Shown in pieces: positions 48,256 through 58,939 of a stretch of DNA of 64,000 bases. This DNA comes from Syntrophales bacterium (GTDB lineage Bacteria; Desulfobacterota; Syntrophia; Syntrophales; UBA6807), in the NCBI GenBank assembly GCA_040767195.1, contig JAXGPA010000006.1, positions 64,001 to 128,000 on the forward strand, read 5' to 3'. The position numbers and the translations under genes are program-made. The notes beneath the pieces are model-generated. The model did not search any database. It was not told the DNA's origin and was given only the letters and a program-made list of their open reading frames with translations. How positions within the stretch are numbered: the first letter of the stretch is position 1; each line of letters begins with the position of its first letter.

Positions 48256-48653
48256 GGCGGACAGTCCCCCGGAAGATGACGGTCAGAAAGAACAACGGCC
48301 ACGGCATACCCTTTCTCGTGGGTCAGGCTGACGTCCCACCGAAGGGGTTCCCCGGAATTCAGGGCTTCCGCGACACGCCCGCCGACCCGGACAACGGGAC
48401 GCCCGCCCGGGCCCGCCGCCACATCGATGTCCCGGTAACGCCAGCCTCCCTGAAGCCTCCCGCCGGCGCTTTTGAAAAAGGCCTCTTTCGCCGCGAAGCG
48501 GGCCGCATAGTGCCCGGCGGGGAAGCGCTTCCCTTCGCAGTACCGGATTTCCCCGGGGGTGAAGACGCGGTTTCGGAAGCGGTCCCCCCATTTTTCGAGG
48601 ACCTTCCGGACCCGGGATATATCCACGATGTCGACGCCTACCGTTGCCGTCAC
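48252..48653 (-). CDS. acpS: Holo-ACP synthase
   Basis: GVDIVDI, VFTPGE, AARFAAKEAFFK, SLTHE. Confidence 0.93.
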   Translation of the reverse strand: MTATVGVDIVDISRVRKVLEKWGDRFRNRVFTPGEIRYCEGKRFPAGHYAARFAAKEAFFKSAGGRLQGGWRYRDIDVAAGPGGRPVVRVGGRVAEALNSGEPLRWDVSLTHEKGYAVAVVLSDRHLPGDCPP

Positions 48654-49861
48654 GGCCTCTCGTCCCCCCGGAGGGCCGCCGCCACGGCGACGACCTGTTT
48701 CATGAAAGCCACGTCGTGCACCCGGACCAGGTGCGCCCCGTTCAGGACCGCCGCCGCCACGGCCGCCGCCGTCCCCGCAAGCCTCCCCGACGGTTCCCCG
48801 CCCGTGATTTTACCGATGAAGCCCTTCCGGGAAGGACCCACCAGGACCGGTCTCCCGAGGGTTTTGAGTTCCTTCAGGTGCCCCAGGATGGCCAGGTTGT
48901 CCTCCGCCGTCTTCCCGAAGCCGAGCCCAGGGTCGACGACGATGTTCTCCTCGTTCACACCCGCCGCCCGGGCCGCCGCGATTCGTTCCTCGAGAAACCC
49001 GATGATGTCCATCATGAGGGCGCCGTAAGTCAGGTCGCCCTGCTGCATGGTCTTCGGGACGCCCCGGATGTGCATGAGAATCACGGGAACCCCGGCGCGG
49101 CCTGCCGTCTCGGCCATGGCGGGGTCAAAGGAGAGGGCGCTGATGTCGTTGATGATCTCCGCCCCCTCTTCCACCGCCGCCCGGGCCACGGCGGCCTTGG
49201 ACGTGTCCACGGAAATGGGGATGGAAAGGCGTTTCTTGAGTTCCCGGATCACCGGCAGGACCCGTCTCATCTCCTCGTCCGCCGGGACGGGGTCGGACCC
49301 GGGGCGGGTCGACTCGCCCCCGATGTCCACCATGTCCGCCCCCTCCTCCTGGAGCCGCAGGCCCCTGCGGACGGCGTCGTCCGCCTTTTCATAGAGTCCC
49401 CCGTCGGAAAAGGAGTCGGGGGTGACGTTGAGAACCCCCATGACACGGGGTTCCGGCCCCAGGGGAATTTCCCGTTCCGGAGTCTTGAGGACGAAGCGGT
49501 CCCGGGCGATGCGCCCGAGAAGGGTTTTGAGCCGTTCCGAAAGGGTCCGGAGCCCGAAGGGCTGGACGGCGAGCTTGGCAGCCAGGGCCTCCACCTGCTT
49601 CCGGGTGCCCATGAGGAGCACGTCCGTCCGCTCCCGGGAACAGTCCACCGTTCCCCGGGACACGGCGGCATCCCCCCCGAGGGAAAGCATCTCCTGCTTG
49701 AGGATGTTTCCGACGTTGCACGGGACCCCTTCGAGATAAACGGGAACGGTTTCCGCCTTCGTCGCCATGGCGCGCTTTCCGTAGGAGTGGACGCCGATTT
49801 TTCGAAAGACGGCCTCGATCTCGCCGGGGTGATTGAACTGGCAATACTGCATCCGCCACAT
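48650..49861 (-). CDS. folP: Dihydropteroate synthase with N-terminal extension
   Basis: MGVLNVTPDSFSDGG, DIGGESTRPG, SVDT, DPGLGFGK, SRKGFIG, VRVHDV. Confidence 0.94.
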   Translation of the reverse strand: MWRMQYCQFNHPGEIEAVFRKIGVHSYGKRAMATKAETVPVYLEGVPCNVGNILKQEMLSLGGDAAVSRGTVDCSRERTDVLLMGTRKQVEALAAKLAVQPFGLRTLSERLKTLLGRIARDRFVLKTPEREIPLGPEPRVMGVLNVTPDSFSDGGLYEKADDAVRRGLRLQEEGADMVDIGGESTRPGSDPVPADEEMRRVLPVIRELKKRLSIPISVDTSKAAVARAAVEEGAEIINDISALSFDPAMAETAGRAGVPVILMHIRGVPKTMQQGDLTYGALMMDIIGFLEERIAAARAAGVNEENIVVDPGLGFGKTAEDNLAILGHLKELKTLGRPVLVGPSRKGFIGKITGGEPSGRLAGTAAAVAAAVLNGAHLVRVHDVAFMKQVVAVAAALRGDERP

Positions 49862-49884
49862 GGCTTCACCGGGGGTGCCGCCGT

Positions 49885-51741
49885 TCAGGCGGTGGCGGGC
49901 GCGCCGGCGGAACTGCCGCCGGGGATTTCCTCCCCGGGGGCGGCCTCCCCGGAATCCGTGGTTTCGATGATCCGGTCGATCTCCTCGGCGTTCAGGACCT
50001 CCTTCGAGAGAAGCTCCCCGGCCATCTTGTGGAGGATGTCGATGTGGCGGGACAGGAGGTCCCGGGCCCGGTCGAAGTTCTCCCGGACGATCCGGGTGAT
50101 TTCCCGATCGATCTTTTCCGCCGTCTCCTCGCTGTAGTCCTTGTGGGTGGCGAACTCCTTCCCCAGGAAGATCTGTTCTTCCTTCTTCCCGTAGGCCAGG
50201 GGTCCCAGGTCCTCGCTCATGCCCCACTCGCAGACCATTTTCCGGGCCAGTTCGGTGGCCCGCTCGATGTCGTTTCCCGCCCCCGTGGTGAAGTCCTTGA
50301 GGATGAGGCTCTCGGCGGCGCGCCCGCCCAGGAGTATGGCGATGGCGTTGAGGAGGTACTCCCGGGTGTAGGTGTGCTTCTCGTCCACCGGAAGCTGCTG
50401 GGTGAGCCCCAGGGCCCGGCCCCGGGGGATGATGGTCACCTTGTGGATGGGGTCCGTCCCGGGGGTCAGCCGGGCCACCAGGGCATGGCCTGCCTCGTGG
50501 TAGGCCGTGTTTTTCTTCTCCTCGTCGGTGATGACGAGGCTTCGCCTTTCCGCTCCCATGAGGACCTTGTCCTTGGCGAACTCGAAGTCCGTCATGATCA
50601 CCCGTTCCCGGTTCGCCCGGGCGGCCCGGAGAGCCGCCTCGTTCACCAGGTTTTCGATGTCCGCCCCGGAAAACCCCGGCGTTCCCCGGGCGAGGACGTC
50701 GAGCTTCACGTCTTCCCCTGCGGGGATTTTGCGGACATGGACCTGGAAGATCTTCTCCCGGCCCTTGATGTCGGGCAGAGGAACCACCACCTGGCGGTCG
50801 AAACGCCCCGGCCGGAGCAGGGCCGGGTCGAGAACGTCGGGCCGGTTCGTGGCCGACATGATGATGACGCCGTCATTGGACTCGAAACCGTCCATCTCCA
50901 CGAGAAGCTGGTTCAGGGTCTGCTCCCGCTCGTCGTGACCCCCGCCCAGGCCCGCCCCGCGGTGCCGGCCCACGGCGTCCAGCTCGTCGATGAAGATGAT
51001 GCAGGGGGCGTATTTCTTCCCCTGGGTGAAGAGGTCCCGCACCCGGGAGGCGCCGACGCCGACGAACATCTCCACGAAATCGGACCCGCTGATGGTGAGG
51101 AAGGGAACCTCGGCCTCCCCGGCGATGGCCCGGGCCAGGAGGGTCTTCCCCGTCCCCGGCGGGCCCACGAGAAGCACCCCCTTGGGAATGCGGCCGCCCA
51201 GGCGGGTGAACTTTTTGGGGTCCTTGAGGAACTCGACGATTTCCTCGAGCTCTTCCGTCGCCTCGTCGATCCCCGCCACGTCCTCGAAGGTGACCTTCTT
51301 GGACTTGTCCGTCATGAGCCGGGCGCGGCTCTTCCCGAAGGACATGGCTTTTCCGCCGCCGGACTGCATCTGGCGCATGAAAAAGATCCACACGCCGATA
51401 AGCAGGATGATGGGAAGCCAGGAGATGAGGATGGTCATGTACCAGCTGTTCCCTTCGGCGGGCTTGACGGAGATCCGGGTCCCCTTCTCCTGGAGAAGGG
51501 CGATCAGCCCCGAGTCCCTGGGCGCGTAAGACTTGAAGAAACGGCCGTCGTTCAGTTTCCCCTCGACGTTCTCCCCCTTGATGGTCACCTCGGCCACCTG
51601 GCCCTTCTGGGCGAACTCCATGAGGTCGCTGTAGAGGATTTCCTGGGTCCCTCTCTGGGGCTGGTTGAACATCTGGAAGAGAAAGATGAAAACGAGGGTG
51701 ATGGTCAGCCAGAGGGCTATATTCTTATGCAGTGGATTCAC
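49885..51741 (-). CDS. ftsH: ATP-dependent zinc metalloprotease FtsH
   Basis: Two TMs, [26 protein letters not shown]. Confidence 0.98.
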   Translation of the reverse strand: MNPLHKNIALWLTITLVFIFLFQMFNQPQRGTQEILYSDLMEFAQKGQVAEVTIKGENVEGKLNDGRFFKSYAPRDSGLIALLQEKGTRISVKPAEGNSWYMTILISWLPIILLIGVWIFFMRQMQSGGGKAMSFGKSRARLMTDKSKKVTFEDVAGIDEATEELEEIVEFLKDPKKFTRLGGRIPKGVLLVGPPGTGKTLLARAIAGEAEVPFLTISGSDFVEMFVGVGASRVRDLFTQGKKYAPCIIFIDELDAVGRHRGAGLGGGHDEREQTLNQLLVEMDGFESNDGVIIMSATNRPDVLDPALLRPGRFDRQVVVPLPDIKGREKIFQVHVRKIPAGEDVKLDVLARGTPGFSGADIENLVNEAALRAARANRERVIMTDFEFAKDKVLMGAERRSLVITDEEKKNTAYHEAGHALVARLTPGTDPIHKVTIIPRGRALGLTQQLPVDEKHTYTREYLLNAIAILLGGRAAESLILKDFTTGAGNDIERATELARKMVCEWGMSEDLGPLAYGKKEEQIFLGKEFATHKDYSEETAEKIDREITRIVRENFDRARDLLSRHIDILHKMAGELLSKEVLNAEEIDRIIETTDSGEAAPGEEIPGGSSAGAPATA

Positions 51742-51837
51742 CTTGTCGAACTCCTTGAGGTCCGTCTTTTTCCCCGGCCCCCCGCCGCCGGGCGGAGAAC
51801 CGTAAGCTGATTCCTTTATAACATAAAAGCGATCTTA

Positions 51838-53250
51838 TCAAATCATTTCGGCTCGAACGGCCCGTGTCGTCTCCCCGGTGATCTTCACGCGGTCGCTCAG
51901 GCGGTGGCCGGCCACCCAGAGAACCCCCAGGGCATCGACAACCAGGGGAACCTTTTCCCGGTCCGCCCGGGGAACCTTGTCGTCCGTCAGGATGTCCCTG
52001 ACCTTCCGGGAACCGGGACCGCCCAGGGGCCGGATCCGGTCCCCCCGTTCCACCCCGCGGACAAACAGCGGCGGGACCGTTTTGTCCCGGTCGAAGAAGA
52101 CGACGTTTCGCGGCGAGAGCCGGCACCGGTCCGGAGGCGCGGCATCGAAGCGGATGGCCCGGCCGGCCTCGGGGATTTCCACCAGGCCGGGGATCGTCAC
52201 GGGATAACGGAAAGAGGGCCTTTCACCGGCACCGGCGGCGTCTTCCCCGCGCTGCCGGCCGGGAGGCTTCCGCCCTATGCAGACGAGGCTGCCTTCCCGC
52301 GTGGCCACCACGCCCCGGGGGAAATGAAGGCTCCCCTCCCGCCGGCTTCCTTCCATGAGTCCCAGCGCGGCCTCCACGTGGGCGGAAAGGACCTGCCTTT
52401 TCTCACCCACGAAACCCTCGAGAAGGTCGCGGATGACCCGCCTTCGCAGGGCGGGGTGCCAGGCGGCGATCTCATCGACGGGAATGAACCTTTCGCCGCC
52501 GGGACCGGGCCGCCACAACCGGGCCGCACGCCGTGCCTCCTCTTCGAGAAAGTCATTTTCCTCTCTCAGGACCGCCGCGGCCCGGGTGAGGGTTTCCCGG
52601 ATGTTTTCATTGTATCGCTCTTCCAGGATCGGGATAAGGTCGTGCCGGATCCTGTTTCTCCGGTACCGGAGATCCCCGTTCGTCTCGTCCCGCCGGCAGG
52701 GGATGCCGTTTTTCTCGAGAAAGGCGAGAATCTCTTCCCGGGACGTCTCGATGAGCGGCCGGATGTACCGACCTTCCCGGACCGGTTCCATGCCCCGGAG
52801 GCCCCGCAGTCCGCTTCCCCGGAGGACGTTCATGAGGATCGTCTCCGCCTGGTCGTCCCGGTGATGCCCCAGGGCGATTTTTTGAAGGCCTTCCGACCCC
52901 GCCGCCTCCTCGAAAAAACGGTACCGCTCTTCCCGTCCCAGTTCCTCCAGGGTGCCCTTCCGCTTTTCGCGGATCTCCCCGATGGAGACTTTTTTCGAGA
53001 GAAAGGGAAGGCCCAGGTCCGCCGCGTGCGCCCTGACGAAGGCCTCGTCGCCGTCCGACTGGTCCCCCCTGAGGCCGTGGTTCAGGTGAAGGACCGTCAG
53101 CGTGAAGGTCACGGGACCGCGGTAACCAAGAAGGGCGTGGAGGAGGGCCATGGAATCGGGCCCCCCCGAGACGGCGGCGCCGACCCGGTCCCCCTGTTGA
53201 ATCATGCCGTACCGGCCGATGGTTCTTGTGACTTTTCCGATGAAATCCAT
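51838..53250 (-). CDS. tilS: tRNA(Ile)-lysidine synthetase
   Basis: SGGPDS PP-loop, HLNHGLRG, GHHRDDQAET, RNRIRH. Confidence 0.95.
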   Translation of the reverse strand: MDFIGKVTRTIGRYGMIQQGDRVGAAVSGGPDSMALLHALLGYRGPVTFTLTVLHLNHGLRGDQSDGDEAFVRAHAADLGLPFLSKKVSIGEIREKRKGTLEELGREERYRFFEEAAGSEGLQKIALGHHRDDQAETILMNVLRGSGLRGLRGMEPVREGRYIRPLIETSREEILAFLEKNGIPCRRDETNGDLRYRRNRIRHDLIPILEERYNENIRETLTRAAAVLREENDFLEEEARRAARLWRPGPGGERFIPVDEIAAWHPALRRRVIRDLLEGFVGEKRQVLSAHVEAALGLMEGSRREGSLHFPRGVVATREGSLVCIGRKPPGRQRGEDAAGAGERPSFRYPVTIPGLVEIPEAGRAIRFDAAPPDRCRLSPRNVVFFDRDKTVPPLFVRGVERGDRIRPLGGPGSRKVRDILTDDKVPRADREKVPLVVDALGVLWVAGHRLSDRVKITGETTRAVRAEMI

Positions 53251-53266
53251 GAAGCAGGAAGCCTTG

Positions 53267-53917
53267 TCACGGCGGGGACAGGACGCCGGGAAGCTCCCGG
53301 ATGTCCCCCAGGGCGTAATCCGGTTCGAGGGCCAGGAGTTTCACCCCGTCCCCGAGACCGTTCAGGAGGGCGCAGCTCACGGCCCCGCCGTTTTTCGCCA
53401 GGAGCACGTCGTTGACCCCGTCGCCGATAACGGCCGTTTTCTCCGGGCGGGCCCCGTGCCTTTCCAGGAGAACGCCCAGGAGCCGGGGGTCCGGCTTCCC
53501 CCAGGGGTGGCTGTCCATCCCGTATATGCCTTCGAAATACGGCGCCAGCCCCAGCCCTTCGGCGATTCTCACGGAAAAGCGGTGCGTCTTGTTCGTGAGG
53601 ATCACCTTCGGGACCGGGGCGAAGTGTTCCAGGACCTCGGGAACGCCCGGGTAGGGGACCGTCGCGTCGAGGAGATGGGTCTCGTAATGGGAAAGAAAGA
53701 GCTCGAGGGCCCGGTCTTTCAGGGAAGCGGCCTTTTCCCCCAGGGACCGTTCAATGAGCTTGCCCACCCCGTCGCCCACGTGGCTGATGACCTGCTCTTT
53801 GGGCAGGCCGGGGAGCCCGAGACGGGCCAGGGCATGGTTCACCGACGCCGTCAGGTCCGTCCCTGAATCCACCAGGGTGCCGTCAAGATCGAAAATCATC
53901 AGTTCCACGGTTCTCAT
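53267..53917 (-). CDS. HAD-family hydrolase (phosphoglycolate phosphatase-like)
   Basis: FDLDGTLVDS, LTNK, KPDP, IGD..ND. Confidence 0.9.
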   Translation of the reverse strand: MRTVELMIFDLDGTLVDSGTDLTASVNHALARLGLPGLPKEQVISHVGDGVGKLIERSLGEKAASLKDRALELFLSHYETHLLDATVPYPGVPEVLEHFAPVPKVILTNKTHRFSVRIAEGLGLAPYFEGIYGMDSHPWGKPDPRLLGVLLERHGARPEKTAVIGDGVNDVLLAKNGGAVSCALLNGLGDGVKLLALEPDYALGDIRELPGVLSPP

Positions 53918-53980
53918 AACGAATAGATTATATCAGGATTTGCCCGGCGACTCAAAGAGTCCGCCAGCCCGGCCGGGGGG

Positions 53981-55993
53981 TCAGCCGCCGATGAGGCATT
54001 TCCGGATCTTGTCCCAATCCCTCTTTTTCACCCACTCGTATTTTTCGTTGAAAAGCATGTCAGCGTTGTAGAATTTGCCCGACTTCACGCGGCCGGCAAA
54101 CTTTTTCACCTGGGAGGGACCGCCGTTGTAAACGGCGTAAACCATCCGGGCAACGAGGTCGTCATCGAGAGCGATCTCCTTTTCGATCCTGTCCAGCCGG
54201 TTCAGAATGTACTTGAAAAGATACAGCTCCAGGATCCGGCAGCCCGCCATGGCGTTGTACGTGATGTCCCAGCGCAGCCGGTTGCCCTCGTAAAGGCCCC
54301 GCCAGACCCGCTCGTTCACCTGCATGATCCCCACGGACGTTCCGTTGTAGGACCGGAGGTACCGGATCTTTCCCTTTTTCTCCCGAAACTGCCGAAAACA
54401 GCTCTCCTGCCATGCCGCCGCAAGAACGATGTCATGGTAGAGATCATTGTAATCCTTCGGGATCCGGCTTTCCTTCAGGGCCCCGTCGGCCTGTTCCAGA
54501 AGGAGGCCTCGCACCCGCTTCATGTATGCGTCGAGATTGGAACGGTCGACGACCCATTTCCGGATGGAAGGGTCCGCCGGCGGGGATTCCTCGGCTTCCC
54601 CCGCCCAGGCCCGGGAAAAGATCCAGTTCGCCGCCCAGGCGGCGGACCATCTCCTCAGGGCGTCCCCCGGTCCGCCGTCCACATCCCCGGCCTCCCCGCC
54701 TTCCGGGACCTCCCCCTCCTTCCCGTCTTCCGGAGCCTCCCCTTCCTCCGTTTCACCGGTGTCCCATTCCTCTCCCTCGAAAGCGGGCCCGGGAAAGTCC
54801 GGCGCCCGGCCCAGGCCCAGAACCCTTCTCAGCTTTGCGCTCACCCCGTAATCATAGGGGAGGAGTGGCTCCTTCTCGTCCGTCAGGAGCCCCATGAGGC
54901 GGATCCAGCCGTTCCGGCTGATCTCGATCCCCAGGGTGGGGCCGATCCGGTCGATCGTTTCCAGGGCGTCGGAGGCCGTGAAAAAAGCCAGGAACCGGAA
55001 GAGGTTCCGTGACGGCTCGTCGCCCAGGTGGCGGCGGAAGACGGGCGACAGGCTTTTCCAGGCGGTGATGAACTCCTCCCGGACGAAATCACCCCGGTCA
55101 CTCTCCTCCGACAGGGCATCGACAAACCGGTAACGGGCGTCCAGGAGGGTCGTCAGGAGAATCTCCCGGTCTTCTTCCGTCAGGGGCTGCCGTGACAGGG
55201 TCATGAGGATGGAGATGAGGTAGGTGTCCCACACCTCCCAGGAGTTAATAAACCTGTTCAGGGTTTCATCGGAAAGCTCTTCTTTTTCCTCCGTTTTTAC
55301 GAGAGGGCCTTCCGCCGATTCCTCCAGCTCCGCCAGGACCTGCAGGCGGATCCCCCCCCCGTCTCCGTCGACGGTGAATGACCCCGGCCGAAGGCTTTCG
55401 AACATTTTCCGAGCCCTTTCCCGGGAGTCTTCCCGGAAAAGGGGAAGAAGGGTGTCTTTCACGTCCGCCACCGGCGGTCCCAGGTCTACCGTGATGGTCT
55501 TCAGAAATTCGTGGACCCTGGGCTTGACGAAATCCCAGACGAGGCCGGCCACCGTGGCCGGTTCCCGGTCCACCGTGAGAACGGTGGAATCTTCCGTTTC
55601 GAAGAAGAGGGTCCACGTGCCCGGAAGGATGACGGGCCGCTGGAAGAGAACGACGATGCCCTCCCACGTCACGGGAAGCAGGCAGTCGCCGCCGACGGGG
55701 GTCCCCAGGCGGACGGACACCCGCGTTTCGAACCGGATCCGGCCTTCTTCTCCGCCGTAGAGGGGCCGGGACAGGGTGATGTTCCGGCAGCCTTCACACT
55801 CGTCCAGGATCACCACCGATTCATCCACACCCCGAAAAGTCGTGTAGACCACCATGGACCGGAGAAGAGAAAAATCGATGGTCATGGGAAAGACGACGCT
55901 TTTCGCCTCCCCGAGCGCGGGGGAACACAGAAAGGCCAGCCAGAGGAACAGGATCCCTGTGCGTGCTCTCCCGAAAACGGGTGTTTTTTTCAT
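53981..55993 (-). CDS. Secreted protein with C-terminal lytic transglycosylase (SLT-like) domain
   Basis: Signal peptide; AAWQES, GIMQVN, YNGG motifs; acidic linker. Confidence 0.78.
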   Translation of the reverse strand: MKKTPVFGRARTGILFLWLAFLCSPALGEAKSVVFPMTIDFSLLRSMVVYTTFRGVDESVVILDECEGCRNITLSRPLYGGEEGRIRFETRVSVRLGTPVGGDCLLPVTWEGIVVLFQRPVILPGTWTLFFETEDSTVLTVDREPATVAGLVWDFVKPRVHEFLKTITVDLGPPVADVKDTLLPLFREDSRERARKMFESLRPGSFTVDGDGGGIRLQVLAELEESAEGPLVKTEEKEELSDETLNRFINSWEVWDTYLISILMTLSRQPLTEEDREILLTTLLDARYRFVDALSEESDRGDFVREEFITAWKSLSPVFRRHLGDEPSRNLFRFLAFFTASDALETIDRIGPTLGIEISRNGWIRLMGLLTDEKEPLLPYDYGVSAKLRRVLGLGRAPDFPGPAFEGEEWDTGETEEGEAPEDGKEGEVPEGGEAGDVDGGPGDALRRWSAAWAANWIFSRAWAGEAEESPPADPSIRKWVVDRSNLDAYMKRVRGLLLEQADGALKESRIPKDYNDLYHDIVLAAAWQESCFRQFREKKGKIRYLRSYNGTSVGIMQVNERVWRGLYEGNRLRWDITYNAMAGCRILELYLFKYILNRLDRIEKEIALDDDLVARMVYAVYNGGPSQVKKFAGRVKSGKFYNADMLFNEKYEWVKKRDWDKIRKCLIGG

Positions 55994-57540
55994 TCCTTTT
56001 CCTTTATCCCGAAGATCTCCGTAACGGCGAGAAACACCGCTTCACGGGCCTCTTCCGTTTCGGCGGTGCCGTCAGCCCGGCCATCGGCGGCGCGGAAATA
56101 AACCTCCTCCCGCCTTTCCTCTCCCCCGGCCGTTCTCTTTAACACACCATAATGAAAGGAACAACGGTCATCTTCAGCCTTCTCCACCAGTTCCTTCATG
56201 GCGAGGACGGCCCCTCCCCGGGCGAGGTCGGCGAGACCGGCGGAATGGCGGAGGGCCTGCCCGGTGAAGGCGAGGGGAGCCCTGTCAAGGGGTCCGGCAT
56301 CCTCGAGGACGCCCGCCCCCCAGGCGACGCCGGCGTTCAGGACCACCGGTATGTCCATCCCTTTCCTGTCCGACCAGGACCGGCGGAGCGCGTTTATCCT
56401 GTTTTTTAACAATACGGCGCATGTTATCGCTTTTCCTGCCGTTTCTCCGCTGAATCCGGACCAGGGGAAAACGCCCCGGAACCGGCCTTCCCCGGCATTT
56501 CCCGGAACCCCCCCCTGGCGGCGGATCACTCCGTCGGCCTCCCGGGCCGCCTCCGAGACGAATTCGGCGTATTCCCGGGATGGCAGGGCGACGCACAGCT
56601 GTGCGAGGCCTTCCATTCTTGCCGCCACGACAATGAAGGCTCCCTTCTGCCCCTGTCCCGGCCCCGCAGCCGCGGATTCCCCGCCCGGCGGACCGTCCTC
56701 GCTCCCTGGTCCCTCCGGCGGCACCGCCTCCCAGACGAAAACGATCTCCTTCCGGAGTCGCAGGCCGTGGAGCAGGAATCTTTCCGTCCAGCCTTCTCTG
56801 TTTTCGAGCTTCAGGGGCACCGTGAGGGCGAATTTCTTTTCCCGTTCCGCCAACCGCTCCCACCTCCGGGCCATGGACTCCCCCGTTGGGCCGTCCAGGG
56901 ACAGAATGACCCCCTCCCTGGAAAAAACCGTTTTCATCATGGCGACGTGGGCGTCCAAGACGGCGTCGCTGTCGATCCAGCGCTCCTGCCAGGTTACCCC
57001 CAGGAACCCGGGAAAGGTTTCCCCGCCCCGGGGCGAGCGGTCTTCCAGGGATTCATTAATATCCATAAAATCGTTTTTATAACGGCGGTTTAACCAGAGA
57101 ATCCTGAGTGACTGGTTTATACTATAAGCGGGATAGGGAATATCCTCCCCGGAGCCATGAAGGGGTATACGCCTTCTCGTCCGGGGCGGCACTTCCCCGC
57201 CGGCTTCCCGGGACACGGCTTGCGCTTCTCCGCCGGCTTCCCGGGATATCCGCGGCCCCTCCACGGCCGGTCCGGCCTCGGCTTTGAGGATGGCCGCCAC
57301 CTCTTCCATGGACTTGCCGTTTTCCTTGAGCCTTCGGATTCTTTCCATCCGTTCCGCCGCTTCGGGCGGGAAATAGCCGATCTTCTTCGTTCCCTTCATG
57401 CCTTCCCGGGCACCCCCCACCACCGGCCGTGGAAGAAGGCCGGCCTTGATGTAATTGTTGAGGGTTCCCCGGGAGATCCCCTGCTTCTCCATAAGTTCAC
57501 GGCTGGAGATCCAGGCGTCATCGGGATGTTTTTTTTCCAT
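55990..57540 (-). CDS. MerR-like HTH protein fused to a degenerate class III nucleotide cyclase domain
   Basis: GISRGTLNNYIKAGLLPRP...RIRRLKENGKSMEEV; C-terminal cyclase-fold pattern (AGEG, LNAGV, FTGQA). Confidence 0.68.
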   Translation of the reverse strand: MEKKHPDDAWISSRELMEKQGISRGTLNNYIKAGLLPRPVVGGAREGMKGTKKIGYFPPEAAERMERIRRLKENGKSMEEVAAILKAEAGPAVEGPRISREAGGEAQAVSREAGGEVPPRTRRRIPLHGSGEDIPYPAYSINQSLRILWLNRRYKNDFMDINESLEDRSPRGGETFPGFLGVTWQERWIDSDAVLDAHVAMMKTVFSREGVILSLDGPTGESMARRWERLAEREKKFALTVPLKLENREGWTERFLLHGLRLRKEIVFVWEAVPPEGPGSEDGPPGGESAAAGPGQGQKGAFIVVAARMEGLAQLCVALPSREYAEFVSEAAREADGVIRRQGGVPGNAGEGRFRGVFPWSGFSGETAGKAITCAVLLKNRINALRRSWSDRKGMDIPVVLNAGVAWGAGVLEDAGPLDRAPLAFTGQALRHSAGLADLARGGAVLAMKELVEKAEDDRCSFHYGVLKRTAGGEERREEVYFRAADGRADGTAETEEAREAVFLAVTEIFGIKEKE

Positions 57541-57563
57541 GGCGGCCCCCTTGAAACAGGTTT

Positions 57564-57676
57564 TACAGTATATTTATACTGTATAAGCAGAAGGGGCAAG
57601 TCAATTGTACTGTATAATTAAATCACATTATTATACCGTTACTTATACAGTATAAATAGATTATTTGTACTGTATA
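57564..57676. promoter_or_regulatory. Array of TACTGTATA/TATACAGTA operator-like sites
   Basis: At least five copies, including palindrome TACAGTATA-TT-TATACTGTA (57564-57583), upstream of the HTH gene. Confidence 0.65.
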
Positions 57677-57979
57677 AGTAAAAACCCTTCACGTCTCTTT
57701 AACTGTACGGGAGGAAAAAAGGCGGTGCCGGGAAACCTCGAAGGAATCATCTCCCCTTGCGCCTTGAAAAGGATAAAGTGATTCTTTCAGAACCGTCTTG
57801 CGCCGGCCCTCGCCCAGGGTGGAACCCGTCACGGCCTGTGGAAGCGGGAACGCTGACAAAAAAGGCCCCCTCCCCTGCCCGGGAAGGAGGCCTTCGAACC
57901 CGCCTTCGAGCGCGTTAATGTTTTTCCTTAGACAGTCCCCGAAATCCTCTTCGGGAAACGAGCCGCTTCAGCACCCCTC

Positions 57980-58759
57980 TCAGGAGTGTGTCGAACCGGT
58001 CTTGTGTTCGTCTTTCGGCGCAGCGGCGTCGTACTTCCGGATGAGTTCGAACTGCCTGGGATGGGGCCCGAGCCAGGACACCTTGCCCGTCTCGATGTCA
58101 TAGAGGGCTCCCACGACCTTCAGCTTGTTCCACTTGATCCTTTTCCGCGTAGCCTCGCTCTGCCGCAGAAGATCGTCGATGCTCTGCCACACGTTGGCTG
58201 TGATGGCCTCCTCGACGAGAGCGCCGCCGGAAAGGTCGGGCCTGGCGGCCTTGACGACGTCCACGGCCTTTTCAATGTTCTTGACGAGCGGGGGAATGTT
58301 CCCGTGCAGCTCGGCGTCGCTCGCGACGGCGGTGACGGCACCGCAGTGGCTGTGGCCCAGAACGACCATGAGGGGCGTTTCCAGGTGGTCCACCCCGTAT
58401 TCGATGGACCCCGCCTCATCGGTGTTCACCACGTTTCCCGCCACGCGGACGACGAAGATGTCCCCGATTCCCCGGTCGAACAGGACCTCCACGGGAACCC
58501 GGGAATCGGAGCAGGCCAGGACGGTGACGAAAGGCGCCTGGCCTCTCGAGGTCGTCTCATGGCGCCTGTCCCGGTCCTGGTTGGGGTGGAGGGCCTTTCC
58601 CGCCACGTAACGGCCGTTTCCTTCCTCGAGGACCTGTTGAGCCGTGTTAGGGTCCTTGATCTTTCCCTCGGGAATCCAGAAGTTCTGGGCGAGATAAAAC
58701 ACGAAATAGATAAAAATGACCGCTCCAACGAAAATCCCGACTTTTTTCAAGTCACTCAT
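57980..58759 (-). CDS. Beta-class carbonic anhydrase with N-terminal membrane anchor
   Basis: CSDSRV, FVVRVAGN, GHSHCGAV; N-terminal TM helix. Confidence 0.93.
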   Translation of the reverse strand: MSDLKKVGIFVGAVIFIYFVFYLAQNFWIPEGKIKDPNTAQQVLEEGNGRYVAGKALHPNQDRDRRHETTSRGQAPFVTVLACSDSRVPVEVLFDRGIGDIFVVRVAGNVVNTDEAGSIEYGVDHLETPLMVVLGHSHCGAVTAVASDAELHGNIPPLVKNIEKAVDVVKAARPDLSGGALVEEAITANVWQSIDDLLRQSEATRKRIKWNKLKVVGALYDIETGKVSWLGPHPRQFELIRKYDAAAPKDEHKTGSTHS

Positions 58760-58939
58760 GCCATCCGTCCTCCTCGATACGGTATTCTTCATTACCGGTA
58801 AGGCGGGTCACGGACCCGTCCCGCCGGTCTCATAACATCTGGGGCCGGAATGGTCAATTCAAAATCCCGGTCCCCGGCGGGGATTGCAAAAAGAGCGGGC
58901 CTGTGTCATGGAAGAAGCACAGGCGGGGAGGGATGGACC

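Noticed and set aside
49500..49861. N-terminal extension on FolP as a novel fusion
   Set aside because: Such extended FolP proteins are, to my knowledge, common in anaerobes.
57564..57676. E. coli-type LexA (SOS) boxes
   Set aside because: CTGT/ACAG half-sites are not arranged as CTGT-N8-ACAG; the main palindrome has the opposite orientation.
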